The notes beneath the pieces were generated by a model. That model saw nothing but the letters and a program-made list of their open reading frames with translations, did no database searches and was not told where the DNA came from. A DNA stretch of 64,000 bases from contig JAIYDC010000133.1 of NCBI GenBank assembly GCA_027487685.1, positions 73,325 through 137,324 on the forward strand, in the 5' to 3' direction. Shown in pieces: positions 19,548-30,798 of this stretch (the stretch's first letter is position 1; each line of letters opens with the position of its first letter). The translations under genes and the position numbers were made by a program. This stretch comes from Pseudomonadota bacterium. Its GTDB lineage: Bacteria > Bdellovibrionota > Bacteriovoracia > Bacteriovoracales > Bacteriovoracaceae.

Positions 19548-20297
19548 CTAGACTTGCCCAAACCCACCGTCGGCCATGATATTAGCACCACAAATATAGC
19601 TCGAATCTTCGCTAGCAAGGAATAAGGCCACCTTCGCCATTTCATCGGCCGTTCCAAACCGCTTCATGGGAACAGTGCTCGCCATGTTGCCTGCAAATGC
19701 ATCCAGCTGGTCCTTAGGCATTCCCATCTTATTATAGATCGGAGTTTCGATCGGGCCTGGCGAGAGCACATTGAACCGTGCTTCAGAAACCGGTATCTCT
19801 GCTGTCCAAGAACGAGCAAAACTTCTTACGGCAGCTTTGGTAGCTGAATAGACTGAGGCTCCGGCAATACCCTTTTCCGAGACAACTGAGGCATTGAGGA
19901 TAACGGAGCTCCCCTTGTTCAAATGAGGAAGGGCCTTGGCCACCGTATAAAAAAGACCACGAACGTTAGTATTGAACTGATTATCAAAAAACTCCGGACC
20001 TGATTCGACTGTAGGAGCAAAGAGAGCTACCCCTGCGTTCGCAAAAAGAATGTCGAGTTTTCCATACTTGGACTTGATGTGAGCATACAACCGATCTAAC
20101 TCTGATACTTGGGCAACGTCTGTCTGCACTATATCAAACTCACCGCCCAATTCTTTTAAGGCAGTCTCATAAGTAGTACGTGACCTCGCTGTGATGACGA
20201 CAGTTGCCCCTTCTTTTCTAAACAGCCGAGCAGTCGCCAGACCTATCCCTGAGTTTCCACCTGTTACGAGAGCAATTTTGTTAGATAGTTTTCCCAT
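19548..20297 (-). CDS. SDR family oxidoreductase
   Basis: TGGNSGIG, LFANAGV, YSATKAAVR, LSPGPIETP, DGG; divergent from TetR gene. Confidence 0.93.
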   Translation of the reverse strand: MGKLSNKIALVTGGNSGIGLATARLFRKEGATVVITARSRTTYETALKELGGEFDIVQTDVAQVSELDRLYAHIKSKYGKLDILFANAGVALFAPTVESGPEFFDNQFNTNVRGLFYTVAKALPHLNKGSSVILNASVVSEKGIAGASVYSATKAAVRSFARSWTAEIPVSEARFNVLSPGPIETPIYNKMGMPKDQLDAFAGNMASTVPMKRFGTADEMAKVALFLASEDSSYICGANIMADGGFGQV

Positions 20298-20315
20298 TTC
20301 CGTTTCTCCTTTTTT

Positions 20316-20396
20316 TTGAACCGATCAGTTCAATATAAGCTACACAGCAGAAAATGCAACTCAATTATTGAACCGATCAGTTTTTTATGCTATGAT
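20316..20396. promoter_or_regulatory. Two TetR operator copies (TTGAACCGATCAGTTCAA 20316-20333; TTGAACCGATCAGTT 20368-20382) and sigma70 promoter TTGAAC-17-TATGAT
   Basis: Near-palindrome repeated in divergent SDR/TetR spacer; second copy overlaps the -35; -10 at 20391-20396. Confidence 0.8.
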
Positions 20397-20401
20397 GCAC
20401 C

Positions 20402-20953
20402 ATGGGAAGGACGAAGTGTTTTAACCGCAACGATGTTTTAGACTGTGCCATCCAGAGTTTTTGGGAGCATGGATACTCTGGAACGAGTCTCTCAGACTTG
20501 GAAAAGGCGACTGGGGTTAATAAATCAGGCCTCTATTCGGAATTCAAAGACAAGGATGATATTTTTTTAGAAAGTATCAAGCGCTTTGGAGAAACAAGCC
20601 CAGTCCTCGCAATCCTCAGCACTAAGCCTCTAGGATTGAAAAACATTGAGGTCTTTTTGAGATCTTCACAAAAGTGTAGTGGTCAAAAGGGCTGCTTCTT
20701 AGCGAATACACTGCGCGATTATGCCGTTATGCCCGAAGAAGTGAAAAAAGTATTGAATAAAAACTGGTCACAAGTCCGGGAAGGCCTTGCCCAGAATCTT
20801 CTTCAAGCCGGTTTAAAGTCTCCCCTCCCGTTGACGAATCTGATCATGACTTTTTCGTTGGGACTTAACTTGAAACTCAACGCCGTCGAAGTTCAATCTA
20901 TTGATGATGAAATTAATTCTTTCCTAAAAATGTTGAAGAGCTACATCGCTTAA
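20402..20953 (+). CDS. TetR/AcrR transcriptional regulator
   Basis: MGRTKCF...FWEHGYSGTSLSDLEKATGVNKSGLYSEFKDK HTH; GCFLAN. Confidence 0.92.
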   Translation: MGRTKCFNRNDVLDCAIQSFWEHGYSGTSLSDLEKATGVNKSGLYSEFKDKDDIFLESIKRFGETSPVLAILSTKPLGLKNIEVFLRSSQKCSGQKGCFLANTLRDYAVMPEEVKKVLNKNWSQVREGLAQNLLQAGLKSPLPLTNLIMTFSLGLNLKLNAVEVQSIDDEINSFLKMLKSYIA

Positions 20954-21003
20954 GTCCTCGAGAGTGGATGGCCTAGTTGAATTTCTTCAGTCATGATGTT
21001 GTC

Positions 21004-21792
21004 ATGAACTACTACAAGGCCATCATCCAATACGACGGAAGCGACCGCATAGGCTTCCAATGGCAGGAGGGCATGCCCACGATCCAGGGCGACCTTAACC
21101 TCTCTTTGCAGCAGATCCTTAAGGGTAAGGTCACGACCAGGGCCGCCTCACGAACAGATAAGGGTGTCCACGCTATCGGTCAGGTTATAAAGATCTCGGC
21201 CGAAGATCCCTCAAAGCTTGATGCTGAGCTATTGAACACGGCACTGCCGCCACACATCAGGTGTCTTGAGATCTCCCCCTGCCCAGGTGCCTTTATCCCC
21301 TCCATCGATCAATTCTCTAAGGAGTACCGCTACCTCTTCACTAACACGCCCGAGGTCTCTGGACAGGACCAGCGCTATATTGCACAGACTCCGTTCCCCT
21401 TGGATATCGCTAACCTCCAAACCTGTGTCGAAATGCTCAAGGGGACAAACGATTTTCGAAACTTCTGCTCCATCGGTGGCATCACCAACACAACACTCCG
21501 GGATATTTTTCAGTGCGACCTCACCATAATGGATCCCCGGGACCTGTTCAAGAACACTTTGTTCACGGCAGGCCTTGTCACAGAATGTTGGCAGTTTCGC
21601 ATCGTCGGTAAGGGGTTCTTAAAACATATGGTCCGCCACCTGGTAGGGGCCCTCTGGATGGTAGGCAACGGTCGGCTCACGGTGGAAGACTTTTCGAAAC
21701 TACTCCATGGAGAACTTAAGGAGCAGCGGCCTTGGAAAAAGGCAGATCCCCGAGGACTCTATCTTCTGAAAGTCAGTTACGAAACCGAATAA
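21004..21792 (+). CDS. truA: tRNA pseudouridine(38-40) synthase
   Basis: IQYDGS, TIQG, ASRTDKGVHA, GKGFLKHMVR, GLYL. Start trimmed to ATG 21004. Confidence 0.88.
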   Translation: MNYYKAIIQYDGSDRIGFQWQEGMPTIQGDLNLSLQQILKGKVTTRAASRTDKGVHAIGQVIKISAEDPSKLDAELLNTALPPHIRCLEISPCPGAFIPSIDQFSKEYRYLFTNTPEVSGQDQRYIAQTPFPLDIANLQTCVEMLKGTNDFRNFCSIGGITNTTLRDIFQCDLTIMDPRDLFKNTLFTAGLVTECWQFRIVGKGFLKHMVRHLVGALWMVGNGRLTVEDFSKLLHGELKEQRPWKKADPRGLYLLKVSYETE

Positions 21793-21817
21793 AAGTTCTC
21801 ATCGGAGAGCTCTTTAG

Positions 21818-23854
<2,037 letters not shown>

Positions 23855-23976
23855 ATTTAACATTTTTGTATGTAGCTATAGTCCCTAATCAAAGATGCTT
23901 AGCAAAAACGTCATAGGGAAGATTGTTTACATAGACGGGTGAGGTATGCACTCAATTCTGACGGTGCCTCTGAATG

Positions 23977-24228
23977 CTAGAACCCTAGAAAGGCCTTTAC
24001 TGATATGTCTTCATCAAGATCTGGCCAATGAATCCCATAGCCGGATGGAGAAATTTCAAATTTTTGCAGCTGCTCAAGAGTTCCATTTCGTAGTCTATCA
24101 AACCAAGCAACAGGTATAGAGATGATTCGACCATCACTGATGGTTGCAGTTAGCATCTCATCAGTAACAGTAAGTTTTAAGATCGAAAGCTCATCTGGGT
24201 TCGAAACCCTTTGTGCTAACTCACCCAT
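23977..24228 (-). CDS. DUF2442-like protein, putative antitoxin
   Basis: DGRIISIPVAWFDRL...GIHWPDLDEDISV is the DUF2442 signature. Confidence 0.85.
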   Translation of the reverse strand: MGELAQRVSNPDELSILKLTVTDEMLTATISDGRIISIPVAWFDRLRNGTLEQLQKFEISPSGYGIHWPDLDEDISVKAFLGF

Positions 24229-24454
24229 GGAACTCCTCCCACTTTTTAAGTAGTAAAGCTTGATTCTCAGAGATGATTTGCATTACTACCTTTTGATGCT
24301 TAGGGGAGAGATTAAAAACTTTGCTCACAGCTAAAGAATCTAACCAAACCTTCATCTCACCACCATGGCCGACGACATGAATATGAGCCGGCTCATTACC
24401 TTCTCGGCTATAAAAGAAAAAACGAAACCCATCTTGTCGCAAGATTGTTGGCAT
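24221..24454 (-). CDS. DUF4160-like protein, putative toxin
   Basis: MPTILRQDGFRFFFYSREGNEPAHIHV...KVWL...WEEFHG; overlaps the DUF2442 gene. Confidence 0.85.
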   Translation of the reverse strand: MPTILRQDGFRFFFYSREGNEPAHIHVVGHGGEMKVWLDSLAVSKVFNLSPKHQKVVMQIISENQALLLKKWEEFHG

Positions 24455-24579
24455 GAAAATACCCTAGCAAAGTTTTAAAATAAGGAGAAGACAGCTGTGC
24501 CTTTGAAAACTGGGCGCAAGCCGCGCTCTCGCCATTGAGTGAGTCGGTATCTGTTTTTTTGTGAATGTAATTGAATATT

Positions 24580-24656
<77 letters not shown>

Positions 24657-24685
24657 ACTGAAAGGAAACTGTTGAAATTAGTGAA

Positions 24686-24714
24686 TTTATACTCTCCTGG
24701 GGGGTAGTTGTAAA
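24686..24714 (-). promoter_or_regulatory. sigma70 promoter for tRNA-fMet, TTTACA-17-TATAAA
   Basis: Consensus-like hexamers with 17-bp spacing, about 30 nt upstream of the tRNA. Confidence 0.65.
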
Positions 24715-24751
24715 GGGGAAAGCCGAAATCTTTTACTCCGACATAAATAGC

Positions 24752-24778
24752 TAAATTTCCTAGGCGCTATCCCGATAC
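24752..24778 (+). promoter_or_regulatory. sigma28 (FliA)-type promoter TAAA-N15-CCCGATAC
   Basis: Exact spacing; -10 matches GCCGATAA at 6/8; 31 nt upstream of 24810 ATG. Confidence 0.6.
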
Positions 24779-24809
24779 TGTTCAGGATTGCAGTTATAAA
24801 GGAAGAAAT

Positions 24810-25118
24810 ATGCAAAGCTTGAGTCAAAAAGATAAGGAACTTTTGGTGAAGTTCGACACCGACGGGTTAAGCCCTGCTCAGGTTCGTCTCATCAAAAATA
24901 TTCACTCCCTTCTGGCCGGCGTTTTAACCTCGGATGACGAGGGAGAATTCTTTGAATCTAGTGCCGAGCTGATGAAGCGCTCTGCGGAGCTCATTAAGCA
25001 CGCAAACTTCGCTCTTCAGCACAAGGAAATGTCCTACGGCGATCAGGCCGTGGAGTTTGCCGTGGATTCACTTAATGAGGCCACAGAAGAAGGGAAACTC
25101 CAGAATATCGATAACTAG
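24810..25118 (+). CDS. Hypothetical 102-aa acidic helical protein
   Basis: AAGGA SD; no family recognised. Confidence 0.7.
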   Translation: MQSLSQKDKELLVKFDTDGLSPAQVRLIKNIHSLLAGVLTSDDEGEFFESSAELMKRSAELIKHANFALQHKEMSYGDQAVEFAVDSLNEATEEGKLQNIDN

Positions 25119-25129
25119 AACCGATTGCT

Positions 25130-26233
25130 TTAGTGCAGAAGGTTGTACACAAATGGTATGACTTCGATCGCGATGAGAACCACGATGATCATCTCCATTG
25201 TCTGATTCCTCGACTCATTCACTTCCGAATGCAGGAGCCTCGAAACCTCAGCGAGGTTCCCGAGCTTGTCATTGATACTCCGCTGCCAATCATCGAACCG
25301 GAAGCGCTTTGACGAGGCCCGGAAGATCGTAGCAAGGTAGAAATCCCCGACTGTTTTAAATGAGTTCTCCACGTTTTCGACGATCTCAGAGATCTCAAGA
25401 TAGATCTGGCTCGCCTCTTCTGCTAGCCGAGAGTACTTGTTAGAGAAAAGCCCCTTCTTGCGGCCTACGACCTCATTATAGAGCGTGTTTAACCGCTGAT
25501 CGAGGAGGTCGTCGTAGTAACGCATCTCCAGGAGCTGGTTCAAGGCAAACTCAATGACAAGGGGGACATCCATCGAGCCGCTAGGGTCAACGACCAGGGC
25601 CGAGTTCCAGTCGGCGACGACAAGATCATCTTTTGAGTACTGAAACTGGTTTTCGAGGATGCTCTTTTTCATAGAGTCCGAAAGGAGCTCCCGGGGCTCA
25701 GCGAGAATCAGGGCAGGAATATCGATCTTTTCCGGAAGAGTTGTGAGTTCTCCGACCGGGCCCTCGAATTCCTGGATGAAATACGTGACGTAGTCTTCAT
25801 GGGTAGCCCAGTCGGAAGGAACGGAGATAGCTGTCCGAATATCAGTCTGGAATTCCTTCGCTTTTTCTCGGGCGAAGATTTCAATCTCTGCGTCGTTTTC
25901 AATCCAACTTGCGATCTTAATGAGCTCGGGCCAGCTTGTACCTTCCTTGATCGGGATCTGAAAGCAAAGAGAGACAGTTCCGAAGTGCCATACCTTCGCG
26001 ATAAGCTCGGCGGAGACACTCTCATCCACCAACTTAATATCAAAATTCCCGAGCTGCACCGAAACCGGCGAGCTCGAAATGATGAGGGACATGTTATGCT
26101 TGCGGTCGAGCTTAAAGCGCTCTTTGAGCTTTTTATCCTCAAAAAGAGCTTCGACCTTATCGAGGTCAACCTCTGAACCGATGTCGAAAACTCGGTAGAC
26201 GAGGATCTTCCCTCTCTTGACCTTAACTTCCAT
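25130..26233 (-). CDS. RMD1/DUF155-like protein
   Basis: YRVFDIGSEVDL, ALNQLLEMRYYDD, C-terminal MEMIIVVLIAIEV helix; family by resemblance. Confidence 0.55.
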   Translation of the reverse strand: MEVKVKRGKILVYRVFDIGSEVDLDKVEALFEDKKLKERFKLDRKHNMSLIISSSPVSVQLGNFDIKLVDESVSAELIAKVWHFGTVSLCFQIPIKEGTSWPELIKIASWIENDAEIEIFAREKAKEFQTDIRTAISVPSDWATHEDYVTYFIQEFEGPVGELTTLPEKIDIPALILAEPRELLSDSMKKSILENQFQYSKDDLVVADWNSALVVDPSGSMDVPLVIEFALNQLLEMRYYDDLLDQRLNTLYNEVVGRKKGLFSNKYSRLAEEASQIYLEISEIVENVENSFKTVGDFYLATIFRASSKRFRFDDWQRSINDKLGNLAEVSRLLHSEVNESRNQTMEMIIVVLIAIEVIPFVYNLLH

Positions 26234-27251
26234 GGACCTTTCTCGGTGCTGTCCGCTTCATCGTTCTGCCGAAACGGGCCGCTTTCTCGGCGGCTTCGGC
26301 CTCAGAGCGTTTGGTCGCGTCTTCTTCGACCTGACGGACTTTCAGCTCTTTCATCGAACGAACAGTTTCATAATAGTTTTCCTTGCGGAACGAATGGAAC
26401 TTCTTGTCATCCGCTGGCCGAGCCGTATTCCCGACAATTCTTTGAACCTTCGCCACGTTCAGGGTCTTCTTCGTTGAAACAAATTTCCGAAGCGCGATTT
26501 TCTCGCCATGCTCATTCAGACCAAGGGCCTTCAGGAGCTCCTTACGGGTGGTAAAGACGTAGTGGCCAACAGGGAGGGTCTGAATGTGAAGGCCCTCAAT
26601 CGCAACTCGGCGGAGCTTATCAACCGTGAGGTCGACGGCGTCACAGATTTTCCTGATCTCGCGGTTCTTCCCTTCATTCAGGCGGAACTCAAGCCAGGTC
26701 TTGTTGGGAAGCTGTTCAATGACTCGAACTGACTTAGGCTTCATGAGACCATCCTCGGTCATGACGCCGCGACGGATCTTCGCCAGAAGGCCTTCATTCA
26801 CGTGACCAAAGACCTTCACCTCATAAACTTTCTCTACTTCGTACTTCGGGTGCATGATCATATTGGCGAGATCCCCATCGTTGGTAAGAATGAGGAGACC
26901 TTCTGAGAGGTAGTCGAGGCGGCCCACCGGGAAGATCCGCTGCCTAACGCCGAAAATGAGTTCCATAACGGTTGGACGCCCTTCTGGGTCAGAGAGGGTC
27001 GTCATATAGGCGCGGGGCTTATTCAGGACTACGTAGACTTTATCCACGGCGGCAGGTTCGAGTGCAACACCGTCAACTTCAACGGTGTCAGTCGAAGGAT
27101 TCATTTTGGTTCCGAGTTCTGTAATGATCTGCCCGTTGATGGTAACACGGCCCTCGGTGATATAAGTCTCGGCCTTCCTACGGGATGTTACTCCGCAGTC
27201 AGCGATGAATTTTTGTAAACGAAGAGAAATGTCTTGCGATGACTTTGTCAT
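26223..27251 (-). CDS. rluB: 23S rRNA pseudouridine synthase, RluB/RsuA family
   Basis: S4 domain CGVTSRRKAE; LNKPR, FPVGRLDYLSEGLLILTNDG, EGKNREIR; follows scpAB. Confidence 0.88.
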   Translation of the reverse strand: MTKSSQDISLRLQKFIADCGVTSRRKAETYITEGRVTINGQIITELGTKMNPSTDTVEVDGVALEPAAVDKVYVVLNKPRAYMTTLSDPEGRPTVMELIFGVRQRIFPVGRLDYLSEGLLILTNDGDLANMIMHPKYEVEKVYEVKVFGHVNEGLLAKIRRGVMTEDGLMKPKSVRVIEQLPNKTWLEFRLNEGKNREIRKICDAVDLTVDKLRRVAIEGLHIQTLPVGHYVFTTRKELLKALGLNEHGEKIALRKFVSTKKTLNVAKVQRIVGNTARPADDKKFHSFRKENYYETVRSMKELKVRQVEEDATKRSEAEAAEKAARFGRTMKRTAPRKVHGS

Positions 27252-27297
27252 GGTGGCCCCTATCTGCTTCTCAGCAGTTAAATAATTTTAGCGAGTT

Positions 27298-28686
27298 TTA
27301 GGTTTCGCCTTCAATCTCGATTGCAGGATCAGATACTTCGTTTAGGAACGTCAGGTCAAGATCAAACTCTTTACCCTTTAGGATCGCTTCGTCGATTGAG
27401 AAATCCAAGCTACTGATATCACTAGCGGCATCAAACTCCATCTCCTGAGAGTCCAGCTTTTCACCTGTAAGTTGTTCAAAGGCAAAATCCAGCGCCCGTT
27501 CTAGTTCGTCGGCCTCTTTTTGCAGGTTAGCGAACTCTTCGTCGCTGGAAGAGCGTGCCACCATCTTCGCTTCAGATTCACTCTCGGCCTGAGCCATTTC
27601 AAGAGCGCGGAGGGCTTCGAACTCCTCGTCAATAACTGGGGCGTTGAAGATCACACCTTCCTGAGAGATATCGACGACAGATGCCTCAATAACATTCATG
27701 AGCGTTGTCGACACGGCCGCGGCCGCATTCTGGCGCACAGACTCCTCGCGGTTTACAAAGTCCTCGAGGATATCGAAGGCAGACTTCCGAACTAAAGTTC
27801 CGCCATCGACTTTTTTCTTTTCTTCCGATTTTAAGAGCATGGTGAAGCTTGTTTCGGCCGCAATCAAATTGATGCTCTCCGAAAGCTGGTCGAGTTCTTC
27901 GGTTTCGTCGACGGAGAATTTCTTCGACGTCTCTGAACGGAAGACAACAGACTTGATATCGGCGATGGTCCCGATCGTATTCTTCATTGCCATTTCTTCG
28001 AGTTCATACTCCGGTGGAAGCCCGGTGAGGTCCGCCAGATTGAAAACTTCGAGGAACTCTTCGGTAGTTCCAAAAAGAGACGGCCTTCCCAGTTCGTCGG
28101 AGCGGCCGGTGATCTTGACCAGGCGCTTATCCATGAGAGCACGGATGATGTGGGACGAATCGACGCCACGGATTTTCTCTACCTCAGTTTTGGAAACAGG
28201 TTGCTTGTAAGCGATGATAGCGAGCACCTCGAGGGCAGTGGGGGTCAGAACGAGGGAGTTGATCTTAAAGAGGTTTTGGACGAACTTAGCGTAGGTCGCC
28301 TTCGTCCGGAACTGATACCCTTCGGCGACTTCGACCAGTCGGATACCATGATGCTTTTCTTCGTAACCTACCTGAAGCTTTTGAAGAGATTCGTGAATCA
28401 CCCGGAGCGGAAGCTCAGGATCGATCTGTGCTTTGATTTTCTGGATGGAGATCGGCCGGTCTGACATGAAAATGATTGTTTCAATCGCTCCGCAAAGCGT
28501 ATCCGGATTAAGGCCCGTGCGGGCCTGCCAGAGCATGTCTTCTTGCGCGCGCTCATCATAATGGCCTAGGTCTAGTTCGAAGCTCGGAATTTCCAATACC
28601 TCTTCAGCGGCCGTGATCTCTTCTTTGGCGGCTTCTTCAACTGAAAGGTCCCACTCATAATTGATGTCGTTGTTCAAAGAATCCAT
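27298..28686 (-). CDS. scpB: SMC-Scp complex subunit ScpB with long acidic extensions
   Basis: AIETIIF, EVAEGYQFRTK, ALEVLAIIAYKQPVSK, GRPSLFGTTEEFLEVFNL..L..LP. Confidence 0.92.
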   Translation of the reverse strand: MDSLNNDINYEWDLSVEEAAKEEITAAEEVLEIPSFELDLGHYDERAQEDMLWQARTGLNPDTLCGAIETIIFMSDRPISIQKIKAQIDPELPLRVIHESLQKLQVGYEEKHHGIRLVEVAEGYQFRTKATYAKFVQNLFKINSLVLTPTALEVLAIIAYKQPVSKTEVEKIRGVDSSHIIRALMDKRLVKITGRSDELGRPSLFGTTEEFLEVFNLADLTGLPPEYELEEMAMKNTIGTIADIKSVVFRSETSKKFSVDETEELDQLSESINLIAAETSFTMLLKSEEKKKVDGGTLVRKSAFDILEDFVNREESVRQNAAAAVSTTLMNVIEASVVDISQEGVIFNAPVIDEEFEALRALEMAQAESESEAKMVARSSSDEEFANLQKEADELERALDFAFEQLTGEKLDSQEMEFDAASDISSLDFSIDEAILKGKEFDLDLTFLNEVSDPAIEIEGET

Positions 28687-28695
28687 AACACTTCC

Positions 28696-29535
28696 TTATT
28701 GGATCGTTGCATCTGCCGGAGCGGGCGTCGCAGTTGCGGAGGCAGCTTCTCCCTCCGGATCGAAACCGTTCGCCGATTCCGGATCGAACGAGTCTAAGCT
28801 TTCCTTCACTTCAATGTAGATCGAGCCTTTATCTTCGTTTTGGAAGATCTGGAGCTTCTTCAAGCGCGCCAGCTCCAGGAGCGAGATGAACGTGAGGACT
28901 TTGTCGATAATACCAGTCTCTGCTGTATCAAGGAGCATATCGAACTGAGTCGTTTCTCCTTGCTTTAATAGAGACTTGAGACGAACAAGTTTTTCCTTAA
29001 TTGAGAGGCGATCCCGCTTCACAACCGCGTACTTCTTTTTCTCACGGCGGATCAGGTCCATCATGGTCTCGGTCAACTGCTGAAGGTCGATTGGCGTCAG
29101 GATCGAGTTCTCAATGGCCTTGCGGTCGATCTTAGGGTGAACGAAGATCTCGTGGCCTTTCTTGGGAAGGCCCCAAAGCCTCTGACCCAGGCGTTGGAAG
29201 CGCTCGAGTTCTTCAAGGCGCTTAATGAGGTCCCCGCGAGTCTGGATCTCAAGACCCATTTCACCGGCGGTGATTTTGATGAGATTCAGATCCTGGGACT
29301 CATCGGCAACGGTCTGAGATTTGAGGTATAAAAGAGTCGCGGCCATGAATAGGTATTCACCGGCAACATCAAAATTCAGGTCCTGCATCTTTTGCAAGTA
29401 ATCAAGGTACTGATGCGTGATTGTCGCGAGGTCAAGATCCTGAACTCGCATCTCCTCTTTCTGAATAAGGTGGAGGAGAAGTGCCAAAGGTCCGTCGAAT
29501 CTTTCGAGCTTGACGATGATTTCATTCTCGCTCAT
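28696..29535 (-). CDS. scpA: Segregation/condensation protein ScpA (kleisin)
   Basis: FDGPLALLLHLIQK, AGEYLFMAATLLYLKS, TFISLLELAR. Confidence 0.93.
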   Translation of the reverse strand: MSENEIIVKLERFDGPLALLLHLIQKEEMRVQDLDLATITHQYLDYLQKMQDLNFDVAGEYLFMAATLLYLKSQTVADESQDLNLIKITAGEMGLEIQTRGDLIKRLEELERFQRLGQRLWGLPKKGHEIFVHPKIDRKAIENSILTPIDLQQLTETMMDLIRREKKKYAVVKRDRLSIKEKLVRLKSLLKQGETTQFDMLLDTAETGIIDKVLTFISLLELARLKKLQIFQNEDKGSIYIEVKESLDSFDPESANGFDPEGEAASATATPAPADATIQ

Positions 29536-30218
29536 CCGATACCTCCGAAGAGCCCGAGGAAAGAGAACATGAGGTAGTTGGCGATTTTCTGGGCCGGGAG
29601 GAGAACATATCCCAGAGTATGGATGCCCATGAAACTCAAGGCCATGACGACGATAAAGATCACAGGTGTGTACTGAGCAAAACTCTCATACTTATAAAGG
29701 ACTCTCCCCTTCAGGAATGACGAAACCATTTTTGAACCGTCGAGTGGAGGAAGAGGAATGAGGTTAAAGAAGGCCAGGATGAAATTGATGAATACCGAGT
29801 AGCGCAACATTCGGATAGAAATGGTATAGAACCCCCAATCAGAGGAAACCTTGGTTGCGATCACTGCCAAGAGGAGTGCTGATAGGGTGCCGAGGATTAG
29901 GTTTGAGAGAGGGCCCGCGAAACTCACCCAGAAAATGCCAGAACGGATGTTCTTGAAGTTCCGAATTTCGATCGGAACAGGTTTTGCCCATCCGATCATG
30001 GCAAAGCTGGTAAAAGCAGCTAGAAGCGGGAAAAAGATCGTTCCCCAGGGGTCATAGTGCGCAGCAGGGTTCAACGTTAGACGCCCGAGGTTTTTCGCAG
30101 TCGGGTCTCCGAAACGGTTGGCCATCCAAGCGTGGGCCGCTTCATGTGTCACGATGGCGAGCAGGAAGCCCGGCAATGATTCGGCTATGTTAAACAAGAT
30201 GACGTTCAAATCGTTCAT
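29532..30218 (-). CDS. Site-2 (M50) membrane protease
   Basis: HEAAH, GRLTLNP..H.DP, AGPLSN, FNLIPLPPLDG. Confidence 0.93.
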   Translation of the reverse strand: MNDLNVILFNIAESLPGFLLAIVTHEAAHAWMANRFGDPTAKNLGRLTLNPAAHYDPWGTIFFPLLAAFTSFAMIGWAKPVPIEIRNFKNIRSGIFWVSFAGPLSNLILGTLSALLLAVIATKVSSDWGFYTISIRMLRYSVFINFILAFFNLIPLPPLDGSKMVSSFLKGRVLYKYESFAQYTPVIFIVVMALSFMGIHTLGYVLLPAQKIANYLMFSFLGLFGGIG

Positions 30219-30351
30219 CTTTTCTACATATCAAATCGAGACTTATGACGCAATTTATAAGTTGAGTTTCAAACTCAGCTACGCAGAGCAAAGCACTTAA
30301 AATTCCAATTGAGATTTTGGACATTCCTGAAGATGTCCCCCATAATATCGT

Positions 30352-30798
30352 ATGGCCAACAAAACAAAAAAAGCTCAGGTGATCCTGGCGGCGATTGACG
30401 AGTCTAGTCAATCGTTTCAGTTTCTTCTTTTGCAGACCAACGAGCAACGCGGCTCGTTCTGGCAGAACGTCACGGGAAAAGTCGAGGACGGGGAAACCAT
30501 CGAGGAGGGAGGCCTCCGGGAAGCGATCGAGGAAACGGGCCTTGAGATCGAGAGCATTGTGGACATCAAAGGCCTAGGTCTCAATTACGAATTTACTGAC
30601 ACTCGCCAGCGGAAGGTTCACGAGGAAAGCTTCCTCATCATTCTCGACCAGACCTGGAACGTGAAGCTTGACCCTAACGAGCATCGCTCATTCAAGTGGG
30701 TCCCGCTTAAAGATATCAATCGCGACAGCGTCAAACACCAATCAAACTTTGAGACTCTCGCGAAATCAATCGCCATCCTCCGGCATTGGGGCGGCTGA
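30352..30798 (+). CDS. NUDIX hydrolase, NudB-like
   Basis: FWQNVTGKVEDGETIEEGGLREAIEETG Nudix box; LDPNEH..FKW. Confidence 0.85.
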   Translation: MANKTKKAQVILAAIDESSQSFQFLLLQTNEQRGSFWQNVTGKVEDGETIEEGGLREAIEETGLEIESIVDIKGLGLNYEFTDTRQRKVHEESFLIILDQTWNVKLDPNEHRSFKWVPLKDINRDSVKHQSNFETLAKSIAILRHWGG

